This document shows positions 10,290-19,379 of a DNA stretch of 64,000 nucleotides, one piece after another. The stretch is from Porphyridium purpureum (taxonomy: Eukaryota). Below the pieces are notes generated by a model. It saw only the letters and a list, made by a program, of their open reading frames with translations, had not been told where the DNA came from and ran no database searches. A program made the position numbers and the translations under genes. The first letter of the stretch is position 1; each line of letters starts with the position of its first letter. Where the stretch lies: the NCBI GenBank assembly GCA_008690995.1, contig VRMN01000010.1, positions 620,001-684,000 on the forward strand. The letters run 5' to 3'.

Positions 10290-10848
10290 TACTGAGACCT
10301 GCATCAGGTCGCTCGCGACATCCCACACTTCCCGCTTATCCACAGCGACCATTGCGATAGCGTGTTCTAAGCCCACGCGCCGCATGCATAGCAGCCGTTC
10401 CCGTGCCGCTCAACAGGTTCAAGCACAATGAGCTGAGATCGAGCGGACGAAGTACAGTGTAAGCTGACAGGGTACAGTGCCAGCAATAGGGCCAAAAAAA
10501 TAAGGTGGCCGGTGCCGCTCACAAGTGACGCCCACTGACAAGACCCCGTACAGGCTGCCATCCCCCTCCCCCGCTAACCTTAAAGGAAAGGTGCGCTGTT
10601 ACGGCTCTGCCCAATGTCACCCCGGGGAATTACCCTAGCCACGGATCCCCAGCATTTCACAGGGGCAGTTTTCTCTAATCAGGGAGTGTCTAAGATCCTC
10701 TTCAATTCTCGTTTGCCAAACTGCCGAAATTTAGAGTATATACACCCCCAAATATGGACTCAGGTACAGTATTACTGTACTTCACTGTACACAGACTGTA
10801 CTTCATTTTGTTCTTTATCATTCGTTCTACCGTCTTGCTGCGGGCACG

Positions 10849-10981
10849 GCTCCTTCTTTACCGTCCAGCCATGGACACAGCTCCTTCTTTAATGTCCAGC
10901 AACGGACACAGCTCCTTCTTTATCGTCCAGCAACGGACCCAGCTCCTTCTTTACCGTCCAGCCACGGACACTCCATCTTTA
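10849..10981. repeat. 31-bp tandem repeat (about 4.3 copies) in the gypsy 3' non-coding region
   Basis: Unit GCTCCTTCTTTA(C/A/T)(C/T)GTCCAGC(C/A)A(C/T)GGAC(A/C)CA starting at 10849, 10880, 10911, 10942, partial at 10971. Confidence 0.9.
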
Positions 10982-11027
10982 TTCGAACATTTTTTTGAGA
11001 GCAGCGACGGCCGATAGCCACCCAGCG

Positions 11028-14000
11028 TCAAACACCTTCTGCCATGTCTCGGTACGCGGCTACCAGCATGGGCGGGAGCGTCTTCTCAGCCTCCCATGTG
11101 TCGCCTCGCTTCCCCGTACCCCGCCATCTCACCTTGTACTCGCGGCCTCCACCCGCAGCCCGATCTTCCACAATTGCCTCCACCACCCAACTTGCATCTC
11201 CTCCAACGAACACGTTCGTGCCGGCCATGTCTACCACGTCCGGGTCTGCCTTGTGCAAGCGGTTCACATGCACGAGCTGGCCATGGAGCTCTGCGTCATC
11301 TCGGCCGTTTGCGCTGACCACGACTGCGTGAACCCCGTTCCGCTTTGTGATGCGGAAAGGTCCGAGCCACGGCTTTGTCAGCTTGCGACCCTGCCTCGTA
11401 CTTGGGCACCACACGTATACGATGTCGCCCTCGGCAAACGTTTCCTTGTTCCGATGAATGTTTCTGGCATAGTACCTTGCAAACCTCTCGGCGTTCTCCG
11501 ACATCTTATTCCCGGCGAGCCGATAGGCGCGCGCCAGCTGTGCGGAGATATCTTGCGGTTGCTGGCCCCCTTCAACCGCTCGCGGTCCGGCCATGCTTGC
11601 CCAGTCCTTGGCTGGCGACCCAAACATCATTTCGTACGGCGAGAAGCCGGTGGCTGCGTGGCGCGACGTGTTGTACGCGTAGGTTACAACGGACAGCCAC
11701 CTATCCCAGTCGCGCGAGCTTGCACTGACGTACGCCGACAGCATCTTGCACAGGGTCGCATTGAAGCGCTCCACCCTTCCGTTCGTCTGCGGGTGGTAGG
11801 CTGTCGTCATGAGCCTCCGGATTCCGAGTCTGGCGCAAAGCGACGTGATCACCTCACCGACAAAGTTTGAGCCCCGGTCGGACAAGATGGACTCCGGCGG
11901 GCCAAAGACAGTCAACCACGTCTGCAGGAAACTCCGCGCCACGGTCTCTGCCTTCTCGTCCGGGAGCGCCACGGCAACCGCCCATCGCGTCCAAGCATCC
12001 ATCATGACGAGCACCTTGATATTTCCCGTTCGCGTCTCCGGACTGATGGTGAGGATGTCCATGCCTACAATTTCAAAGCGTCTGGACGCCGAGTACTGCA
12101 CCATCGCCGCGTTCCGGCGGGGTGGTGGTGCCTTGCGCGCTATGCACTCGTGGCAGCACCGAACGAACTTCCGAACGTCTTCTGTCCACCCGGGCCACCA
12201 CCACTGCGCGTCGGCTATCCTCGCCGCCGTCCTCGCCGTCCCCATGTGAGCCGACAGCGGGGCTCCGTGATAGACATTCAGAACTGCCGACACAAGGGCG
12301 TCAGGGACCACCCGCCTGGGCATGTCTTTCAGCAACGCAAACACAATCCCGTCTTCGTCCACGATATACTCAGGGAAGGAGTACTTTGACGCGGGGCCTG
12401 ATAGGTTCTTGAGCTCAGCGCAGATCTGCTCGTCCTCTGCGTACGCTGCTCTGAGCTCGTCGTCCGTGGGCACAGCGTATAGCGCCCCACTGTCTTGCGT
12501 GTCCCGTACCTCCCGGACCTCTTCTTCCGTGCCAGTGTCCAGAGGAGTACGCGATAGCGCATCGGCCACGATATTCGCTGCGCCTGGCTTGTGCTTCACG
12601 TCAAACTCGAAATCTTGCACGCGCATGATCCACCTTGCCGTCCGACCCCGTGGCTCTTTCTGGCGAAGCAGCCACAGCAGCGCCGAGTGATCCGTCACGA
12701 GAATGAACTTCTTGCCGAACAGATAGTGCCTGAACTTTTCCATGGATAGTATGGCACCCAAGCACTCTTGCTCCGTGACGCTGTAGTTCAGCTCTGCGCC
12801 TCGGAATGCCCTTGAGTAAAAGGCCACCGGGCGCCGCTGGTCCCCTTGAAGCAAGACCGCGCCAATGCCCACCTGGCTCGCGTCGACTTCAAGAACCATC
12901 TCGGCGGCCGGATTGAATGCAACCAGGACTGCGCTACCGTCGTCCATCGGATCACCTAGCGCATGGCGTAGGTCTATGAACGCGGCGCGCTGGTCGTCCC
13001 CGAATCTGCTCGCCCACTCTGCGCCACCGGCCGTCTTCCGGTGGAAGCCACCTTTCTTGTCCGTCAATCCGAGCCCAGTCAGCGCTCGCCTCAGCGGGAG
13101 GGCACGCTCCTCGAAGTTCGGTATGAAGTTACGAAACCAGCCGACCAGTCCCAGGAACCGCTGCAGGTCCTTCGCTTCTTCTGGCTCTGGCCACTCCAGG
13201 ATTGCCCGCGTCTTATCTACCCCAGGCCGCAAACCTTGCGGGCCAATGCGATGGCCCAGAAACTGTACTTCTGCCAGAGCAATCTTGCACTTGCGGGCCG
13301 ACAGTGTAAGTCCCGACGCCGCGAACCTTCGCAAGATCTGACGAAGTCCTTCCACATGTTCCTCGAAGGTCTCATGTCCCACTGTCAGATCGTCAATGTA
13401 GATCTGCGCGTGTGCATGGCGCATAGGGCCCAAAATCCGGTTGTTGAGTCGCTGAAACGTTGGCGGGCTATTGCAGCAGCCCTGCGGCAGACGCGTGTAT
13501 TCAAATAGCCCCTCACGTGTGATCATGGCAGTCAAATGCATGCTTTCTGGCGCAAGGGGCACCTGGAAAAACCCGTCCTTGAGATCGAGAGCGCTCTTCC
13601 ATCGGCGCCTCGAAAGCCAGTCGAGCATCTCCCCAACGTCTGGGATGGGGTACCTGTCCTTGATTGTGATTGCATTGAGCGGGCGAAAGTCGGTAGTCAT
13701 CCGATACGATCCATCTGGTTTCCGGATCAGTACGTTGGCTGCTGCACACTCCGACGTGCTCGGCTGCAGCACTCCCTTAGCGACAAGGGCTTCGACCAGG
13801 CTGCGCTCAGCCTCGTTCTCGGCCTCTGAGCGCCTGCGCACTTTGGCCACCAGAGGGCGCTGGCCCGGTTCGACAGTGATGGTGTGTTCCACCAGGTCCG
13901 TCAATCCCATGGACGGCCTGAACAGCACCCACGCCTCAGCTAGGACGTCGCCGACTCGTTTGCGCTGCTCGGGCTCGAGATGCCCAAGCTCGATGGCCGC

Positions 14001-14636
14001 GGCGTTGCGCAGGGCTTCCTCTTTCTCGGCCGCGTGCTTCTGCTCCAGCTGGGCGATTCGACGATCAATCTCGCCCGGTTCTTCAAGATGACCGATGTGT
14101 TCTGGGCCCGGCAGACCACTCACTTGCTCGAACGGTAGAGAACCTCCACGCTTGAAGAACACAGCTTGACCTGGCAGCACGGCCGCGACTTCTCGAACCT
14201 GGAAGTCCCAGCCGATCAAGAGATCTGTCTTGAGGTGTTCCGCCACTCGGACCGTCTCGCACGGAAAAACGAAAGACCCGAGATGCAGATCCAGAAACCC
14301 AACGCTGACTCTGCCCAAGGAGGCGCCGTCCGGCCCTCGCGCTCCCCAACTTGACGGCTGCGTTTTCAAGCCGAGCCGGTCAGCCACGCTCGGGCTCACC
14401 CATGTTGAGTTTGCGCCCGTGTCCAGAACTGCCAGTGCGACCACTGCCTGGCCACATGCGGTGAGCTTCACCCGCAACGTCGGACTGTTGTCCGCACGCA
14501 CGGCGAGCTCCGAGTCGCCGTCTTGTTCCTTGGCGTACGCCGCGCCTTGCAACTCTGCCTCACCTGAGGCATCGCCCGGCTCCCACCATTCCATGCAGGG
14601 GGCAGCCACTGCTTGCTGCCCCACTGCCCGTTTTTT
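11028..14636 (-). CDS. Gypsy Pol (PR, RT, RH, IN, chromodomain), entered by -1 frameshift
   Basis: VLDTGA; LPQG..YIDD; DAS..RH; H..H..C..C and DDE integrase; GPF module; chromodomain WVVEAIVEDR..EYKVRWRG..DTWE. Confidence 0.95.
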   Translation of the reverse strand, partial: KKRAVGQQAVAAPCMEWWEPGDASGEAELQGAAYAKEQDGDSELAVRADNSPTLRVKLTACGQAVVALAVLDTGANSTWVSPSVADRLGLKTQPSSWGARGPDGASLGRVSVGFLDLHLGSFVFPCETVRVAEHLKTDLLIGWDFQVREVAAVLPGQAVFFKRGGSLPFEQVSGLPGPEHIGHLEEPGEIDRRIAQLEQKHAAEKEEALRNAAAIELGHLEPEQRKRVGDVLAEAWVLFRPSMGLTDLVEHTITVEPGQRPLVAKVRRRSEAENEAERSLVEALVAKGVLQPSTSECAAANVLIRKPDGSYRMTTDFRPLNAITIKDRYPIPDVGEMLDWLSRRRWKSALDLKDGFFQVPLAPESMHLTAMITREGLFEYTRLPQGCCNSPPTFQRLNNRILGPMRHAHAQIYIDDLTVGHETFEEHVEGLRQILRRFAASGLTLSARKCKIALAEVQFLGHRIGPQGLRPGVDKTRAILEWPEPEEAKDLQRFLGLVGWFRNFIPNFEERALPLRRALTGLGLTDKKGGFHRKTAGGAEWASRFGDDQRAAFIDLRHALGDPMDDGSAVLVAFNPAAEMVLEVDASQVGIGAVLLQGDQRRPVAFYSRAFRGAELNYSVTEQECLGAILSMEKFRHYLFGKKFILVTDHSALLWLLRQKEPRGRTARWIMRVQDFEFDVKHKPGAANIVADALSRTPLDTGTEEEVREVRDTQDSGALYAVPTDDELRAAYAEDEQICAELKNLSGPASKYSFPEYIVDEDGIVFALLKDMPRRVVPDALVSAVLNVYHGAPLSAHMGTARTAARIADAQWWWPGWTEDVRKFVRCCHECIARKAPPPRRNAAMVQYSASRRFEIVGMDILTISPETRTGNIKVLVMMDAWTRWAVAVALPDEKAETVARSFLQTWLTVFGPPESILSDRGSNFVGEVITSLCARLGIRRLMTTAYHPQTNGRVERFNATLCKMLSAYVSASSRDWDRWLSVVTYAYNTSRHAATGFSPYEMMFGSPAKDWASMAGPRAVEGGQQPQDISAQLARAYRLAGNKMSENAERFARYYARNIHRNKETFAEGDIVYVWCPSTRQGRKLTKPWLGPFRITKRNGVHAVVVSANGRDDAELHGQLVHVNRLHKADPDVVDMAGTNVFVGGDASWVVEAIVEDRAAGGGREYKVRWRGTGKRGDTWEAEKTLPPMLVAAYRDMAEGV

Positions 14637-15904
14637 GGTCCGTGGCTCAAGCCACCGTCCGGATACGGCGCACGTGGTGCTCCACCTTGGCCCGCGGGGC
14701 GATGCACTCCCCCATCGGCCCTTGGCCATCCATTGCGGCAATCCCTCTTCAAGTGTCCAAGTTCGCCGCACTGCCAGCACTGCGGCTGTCCGGGCAAAGC
14801 AGTCGGAAGGGCTTGGTGCTTGGCCTGTGGCCCGAAGCTCTCGACCTGGTATACATCCTCTGCGTACAGGCCGTAGTCACGACCGCGCTTCTGGATCGTC
14901 GTGCCCGGGACCTCGCCTATGCGGCCCACTCTCTCGCGGCCAAGCGGGCGTTGCTGGCCAAACGGAGGAAGCGGGCGACTCGGTAGACCCTTCAAACCAT
15001 CTTCACCGACGTGGTCCACCAGAGCTGAGCGCAGCTTGGTGAACGAGACGCTCACGCCGATCATGCGGACCGTGTTCTTCAAGAACGCGGAGTCCATGGC
15101 TTCGATCAACACGTCCTTCTTGTCCTCGTCGTCCATCTTGAGCCCGTCAGCCTTGGTCTCCAGGTCGTTCAGAAAGACACTCAAGCTGGCTTTCCCCGGT
15201 TGGAACTTCATGCGGCGGAGCTCGGCTTTCAAAGCCTAGCGGTGCTCGACATTGAAAAACATGGACTCCAGTGCCTTCCACACACGGTTCGCTGCGCCGG
15301 GCCCTGCCGCATCGACATCTTTGATCACGGCTTGGTACTTTGACACCGCGGGCCCACCAAAGCAAGCGCTGATGTGCTCCGCGACATTGTCCCTTGCGAG
15401 GCCAAGTGTGTCCGCGTGCGACTCCCAGCAGGTCCGCGACGCGAAGAAATGAGCGTCACCTGGGGCCTTGATAAGAACTTGAGCACTGCGGACCGCCTCG
15501 CGAAAGGTTGCTGCGAGCTTCAACTGCTCCTCCCAGAACGACCGATCCGTGGTACGGCCCGAGGTCTGCGCCGAGTTGCGGCTGTGCGCCTGGGCCTCCA
15601 GTTCAGCAACGCGAGCGCGAAGGGCCATCACTTCGGCTCCGCCCGGTGCAGCTAGGTCTCCAACCGGGACAACGGACTCTGCGTCGGCTGCGGCTTCCAG
15701 GTGACCTGGCGTCCCCTGCTCATTGTCGACAGCTTCACCCTGGTGCTCCACGACAGGCCCGTCTTCTGGCGCTGGGCCCCCGGCACGAGCGGCCCCTGCT
15801 TCGATGATCGCGGATCCGCTGCGTGGCTCCCCAAGTCCTGCCACAACTGCTGCCTCGCGAGGCCCACCTGCCTCTCCAACTCCTGCCCCACGCCCACGCG
15901 CCAT
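14468..15904 (-). pseudogene. Gypsy Gag with one in-frame TAG (15236-15238)
   Basis: ORFs 15236-15928 and 14468-15232 are in the same frame; zinc knuckle CWQCGELGHLKRDC. Confidence 0.85.
14599..14636 (-). promoter_or_regulatory. -1 programmed ribosomal frameshift signal
   Basis: A AAA AAC in the gag frame, 7-nt spacer, perfect 8-bp stem GGGGCAGC/GCTGCCCC with an 8-nt loop; the -1 frame is pol. Confidence 0.88.
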
Positions 15905-17325
15905 CCTATCCCACTCCCAACCCCACACTTCCTCGCTCCCACACGACCAATTTGCAAATTATGTCACAAACGGAGCTTCTTTTCTTTACTTCTTCTTCTC
16001 TCCTCCTCTACCTACTCTCTTCTTCCTAGCCTTTTTTCTTCGTTCGGCTGCCGCTCGCTCTGTTTTATACCCGCCTTCCGGCGCCGCAACGGCTTGCCCG
16101 GCGGGTTCAGCCCTCGGAATAACCCAATCCCGCGGCCCTCAACATAACTCAGCTGTACCACACGGTACACCCACAGCTGTACTTTCAGTACACTTAGGGA
16201 CTGTACCTCTGCGTACTCGCTGTACTGAGACCTGCATCAGGTCGCTCGCGACACACGCAGATTTCAGAATTGACTGGACTCGCGAGGAGCTCAGTGCGCA
16301 GCATTCTCATGCCTTTATGCCTGTGCATTGTCGAGTACAATGCTGTGCATGAGGCTTCCATTGGTGGCCAGGATGTCGTAGTCGAAATCGACGAAAGCAA
16401 GTTTGGGAAGCGCAAGTACCATCGAGGACATCGCGTTGATGGGGTATGGGTGCTTGCCGGAGTGGAACGAACTGAAGAACGCCGACTGTTCATGACAGTG
16501 GTGCCCAACCAGACAACGCGCACTTTAATTCCCATCATATAGCAGCGTGTGTACCCGGGCACCATTATACATACGGATTGCTGGAAGTCGTACTTCATTT
16601 TGAAGTACCATCCGACACTCAGGGACTACACCGTAAACCATGAAATGCACTTCAAGGACCCGGTTACGGAAGTGCACACGAATAAAGTGGAAGGAACTTG
16701 GCGGGCCGTGAAAGCAACCATGCCTGATTCTGCTTATGATGGAAATCGTGTGAATCTTTATTTGGAGGAGTTCATATGGCGGCGTTTCAACCACGGACGC
16801 GTTTGGGATGCATTCATACATGTGCTTATGCGGTGGCGCACTCAAAACCGCCAATTTAAATCGGTTTGACTCAGAGGTACAGTACGTTCCCTTGCTTGCT
16901 ACAAAATAATTTAGTTTTGTTAGACAGTTCCATTCTACTACAAAAGAATGTGTTCTATATGTAAGCGTGTTTCTATCACATTTGCGCTTTCTGGTAGGAT
17001 TCGAGGAGGAGGTACAGGTCGCACCCACGCGCTCCGTCAGCCGTGGACCTGCGTGGAAAGAACAATGCGTTACCCTAACCACTAGGTGAAGAAAATAGAG
17101 GTCCGGCGTGCCGGCGGGTTTTGCCACATTGGTGCCAAATGCTGGGTATAAAAGGACCGGCGCTGCACAGTGCGCAGTGCGCTTTCTTCAGTTTGTTCAG
17201 CAAAGAGAGTCCTGGTTTGTGCGTTCGTGATATAAAGTCCATTTGTGTGGAACTTCACTGAGGTCTCCCGTCGCAAGACGCGCGCCACTTAGTACGCACA
17301 GAACCCTATTAAATCACGGCTTGTA

Positions 17326-18874
17326 CAGTCCTGGCCAAGTTAGTTGTCCCACAGGATTAAATGAAGTTTTTTGTGAATAACTCGGCTTTTCGACTAGGTT
17401 GTCGTCTGTTTTGATGGCACGAAAAGAATCAGCGGCACGGAAAATGGGTAGGGGCGTCCAAAGGTATTGTAGAACAAAACGACAGGTGTGAGAAGTGCCG
17501 AAAAAGAGAAAAACAATAAAAGAGGTTGATGAGGACAAACACGCTTATGAGAAGAGATTTAATTGTAGTAACGAAACTAGTACTTGGTTTGACGGCCACC
17601 GGCGTCGATGCAAGCTTGCAGGCGACGGGGCATGCTCTCGAAAAGTGTCTCAACATACTTTGGCGCTTCCGTTCGCCAGCAGTCATAGATAACTGGAAGC
17701 ATGTCATCGAGGCGCATAAACTGGCGTCCTTGCCAGTGCACACGGCGAGAAACGATCGCCCACAGATTCTCAACTGGATTCAAGTCCGGCGACCGCGCTG
17801 GCCAATCAAGTAGTGTGATTCCGACCGTGTCAAACAGCTCGCGCGTGCTCAGCGCTGCATGTCCGGGCGCATTATCTTGCTGAAATATGAATGGACAATC
17901 CGGCTGATCAAGGCGCCAAGGCAGTTCCAGTGCCCAGGGCATTATGACGTTCAGCATAACCTGCCGATATCGCTCGGCATTCAGCGAGCCTTGAACACGA
18001 TGCAACGTACTCAGTCCGTGCCACGACATGGCACCCCAAAACATTGCGGATCCTCCGCCACTATGGCGACGCATGGTTGGCGCGGGCTCAGGGCCTCGCG
18101 TTCGCTGATAAGTCTTGTTGTACCCGTGTGGTCCGTCCAGCCGAAAGATCTTTTCATCCGAGAAGATGACATTCTTCCAAAAGGATAGCGGCTTGTGAAC
18201 GTATTCTCGAGCAAATGCAAGCCGCTTGACTCGGTTCTTTTCCGAAATGAAGAACTTTCGCCTCTGTGCGATAATACGAACCTCTGGTGATCTCTGCAGG
18301 ATACGACGAACAGTTCTCGCACTGCACGCAAGCTGCAGCTCCGTCACTGCCTGTGCAGACGTCAACCTATCCGTAATGACGTGCCGAATCAGGCGACGCT
18401 CCAATTTTGGCGATATTGTCCGCGCCGGTCCGGGCTTCTTGAAAACCCTTTTCTTGCCTCGATTCTTAAAACATCGCTCCACAGTCTTGTACGATGGTCG
18501 AGTCTTGTCTGGTCGCGGACGAAGGCGTGCTGCAATGGCCCGCGGCGTCAGACAGAGCCGGTGCAGAGCGTCAATCTGGCCTTTCTCAAAGTCGGAGAGC
18601 CGTGGTGCCATGTTTCCGATGCTTGCGGTTGCTGGACTTGGTCGCGATCGTATGCCCGAGTGCAGTAGATGCGTTAGTCTTCTTTCACATGTCTTGAACC
18701 CCTTCATGGCCTCATGGGGTCCCGCAAAAGCGCGCGCTTACCTCTGACATGGTGAACAAAAATATGTTAAAAAAGGTATAAACATTGATTTCATATGAAA
18801 ACGCTCGTTTTTACTATAAAACTGGAGTTCAGACCTTGAAATTGCACCTGGGACAACCATCTTGGCCAGGAGTG
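17326..18874 (-). mobile_element. Tc1-family DNA transposon, apparently intact
   Basis: 26-bp TIRs CA(G/C)TCCTGGCCAAG.T.GTTGTCCCA (3 mismatches), TA on both sides. Confidence 0.93.
17577..18611 (-). CDS. Tc1 DD34E transposase
   Basis: MAPRLSDFEKGQI HTH start; IFSDEK, FQQDNA, WPARSPDLNPVENLW with 34 residues between the second D and E. Confidence 0.93.
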   Translation of the reverse strand: MAPRLSDFEKGQIDALHRLCLTPRAIAARLRPRPDKTRPSYKTVERCFKNRGKKRVFKKPGPARTISPKLERRLIRHVITDRLTSAQAVTELQLACSARTVRRILQRSPEVRIIAQRRKFFISEKNRVKRLAFAREYVHKPLSFWKNVIFSDEKIFRLDGPHGYNKTYQRTRGPEPAPTMRRHSGGGSAMFWGAMSWHGLSTLHRVQGSLNAERYRQVMLNVIMPWALELPWRLDQPDCPFIFQQDNAPGHAALSTRELFDTVGITLLDWPARSPDLNPVENLWAIVSRRVHWQGRQFMRLDDMLPVIYDCWRTEAPKYVETLFESMPRRLQACIDAGGRQTKY

Positions 18875-19062
18875 TAGTTATGCGTAGGGTTTATAAAAGT
18901 GTACTGTAGGGGTAGGCTAGGATAGGTATAAAAGGCCGCCGTAGACAGCGGCCAGAAAAGAGTAAAAGAGAGGGCCGACGGGGCCAGTGGTATTGGGGTT
19001 AGCTTCTCTTTTGGCGGGGATGAGGGGGAAGGGCGCGGTGTGAGGGCTGGGGCAGCCTAACA

Positions 19063-19350
19063 TGTCTGCATGCCTGCGTGCCTGCGCCTGCGTGCCCGTG
19101 TGCGTGCCCGTGTGCCTGGGTGCATTTCTGCAAATGTCTGTGTGCCTGTGAGTCTCTGCAAGGGGGCGCCCGCGTGTGTGCATGTGTGCCTGAGCACGTT
19201 TCTAAAAGTGTCTGTGTGCCTGCGCGTTACAACGGGCGCGTCTGCAAGTGCCTAAATGTCTTTGTGCATCCATACATCCGCGTGCGTGCCTATGTGTTTA
19301 CACGCGTGTATGTATGCGCGCCCGCGCACGTATGCGCTTGCAGACGTGTG
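19063..19350. repeat. Low-complexity (GCGTGT/GCCTGC)-rich tract
   Basis: Degenerate GT/GC microsatellite-like sequence; similar composition at about 1900-2000. Confidence 0.6.
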
Positions 19351-19379
19351 GAAGAACAAGAAAGAGACGAAAGTAATTT

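Larger units (their letters stand above)
8640..16253 (-). mobile_element. Ty3/gypsy chromovirus LTR retrotransposon
   Basis: 5' LTR 15962-16253; 3' LTR split as 8640-8899 + 10292-10320 (1 substitution and one 3-nt indel seen). 4-bp TSD CACG. Purine-rich PPT at 10321-10335. Confidence 0.96.
8028..16869 (+). pseudogene. Merlin transposase in three pieces (8028-8259, 8524-8639, 16258-16869)
   Basis: Removing the inserts plus one TSD copy restores one frame: CPAVGC..CKRKACQQFVSFRS (zinc ribbon)...IGGQDVVVEIDESKFGKRKYHRG..GTIIHTDCWKSY..HTNKVEGTW. Internal TAG at 16540-16542. Confidence 0.9.
7931..17042 (+). mobile_element. Merlin (IS1016/ISXO2-like) DNA transposon, about 1.2 kb core, interrupted by nested insertions
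   Basis: 33-bp TIRs GGCTGACGGAGCGC..GTGCGACCTGTACCT (7931-7963 / 17010-17042, 3 mismatches). 9-bp TSD GTGGCCCAG / GTGGACCTG. Confidence 0.9.

Noticed and set aside
10849..10981. CRISPR-like array
   Set aside because: Units are head-to-tail with no unique spacers; no cas genes; eukaryotic context.
2470..15042. Numerous long antisense ORFs (e.g. 2604-3617, 10995-11870, 14230-15042)
   Set aside because: Shadows of GC-rich pol genes with no recognisable motifs.
15236..15238. TAG inside gypsy gag as a readthrough signal
   Set aside because: It lies mid-capsid, before the zinc knuckle, in a non-leaky context (TAG GCT); best explained as a CAG>TAG lesion.
16540..16542. TAG CAG in the Merlin transposase as programmed readthrough
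   Set aside because: It does not match CAR-YYA and the gene is already disrupted by insertions.
17052..17320. LTR-like segment (TATAAAA) possibly continuous with 2051-2130
   Set aside because: No matching TSD or partner LTR found; boundaries cannot be fixed.
18877..19062. LTR-like segment ending CCTAACA, possibly the Tc1 target
   Set aside because: 5' end and TSD not identifiable.
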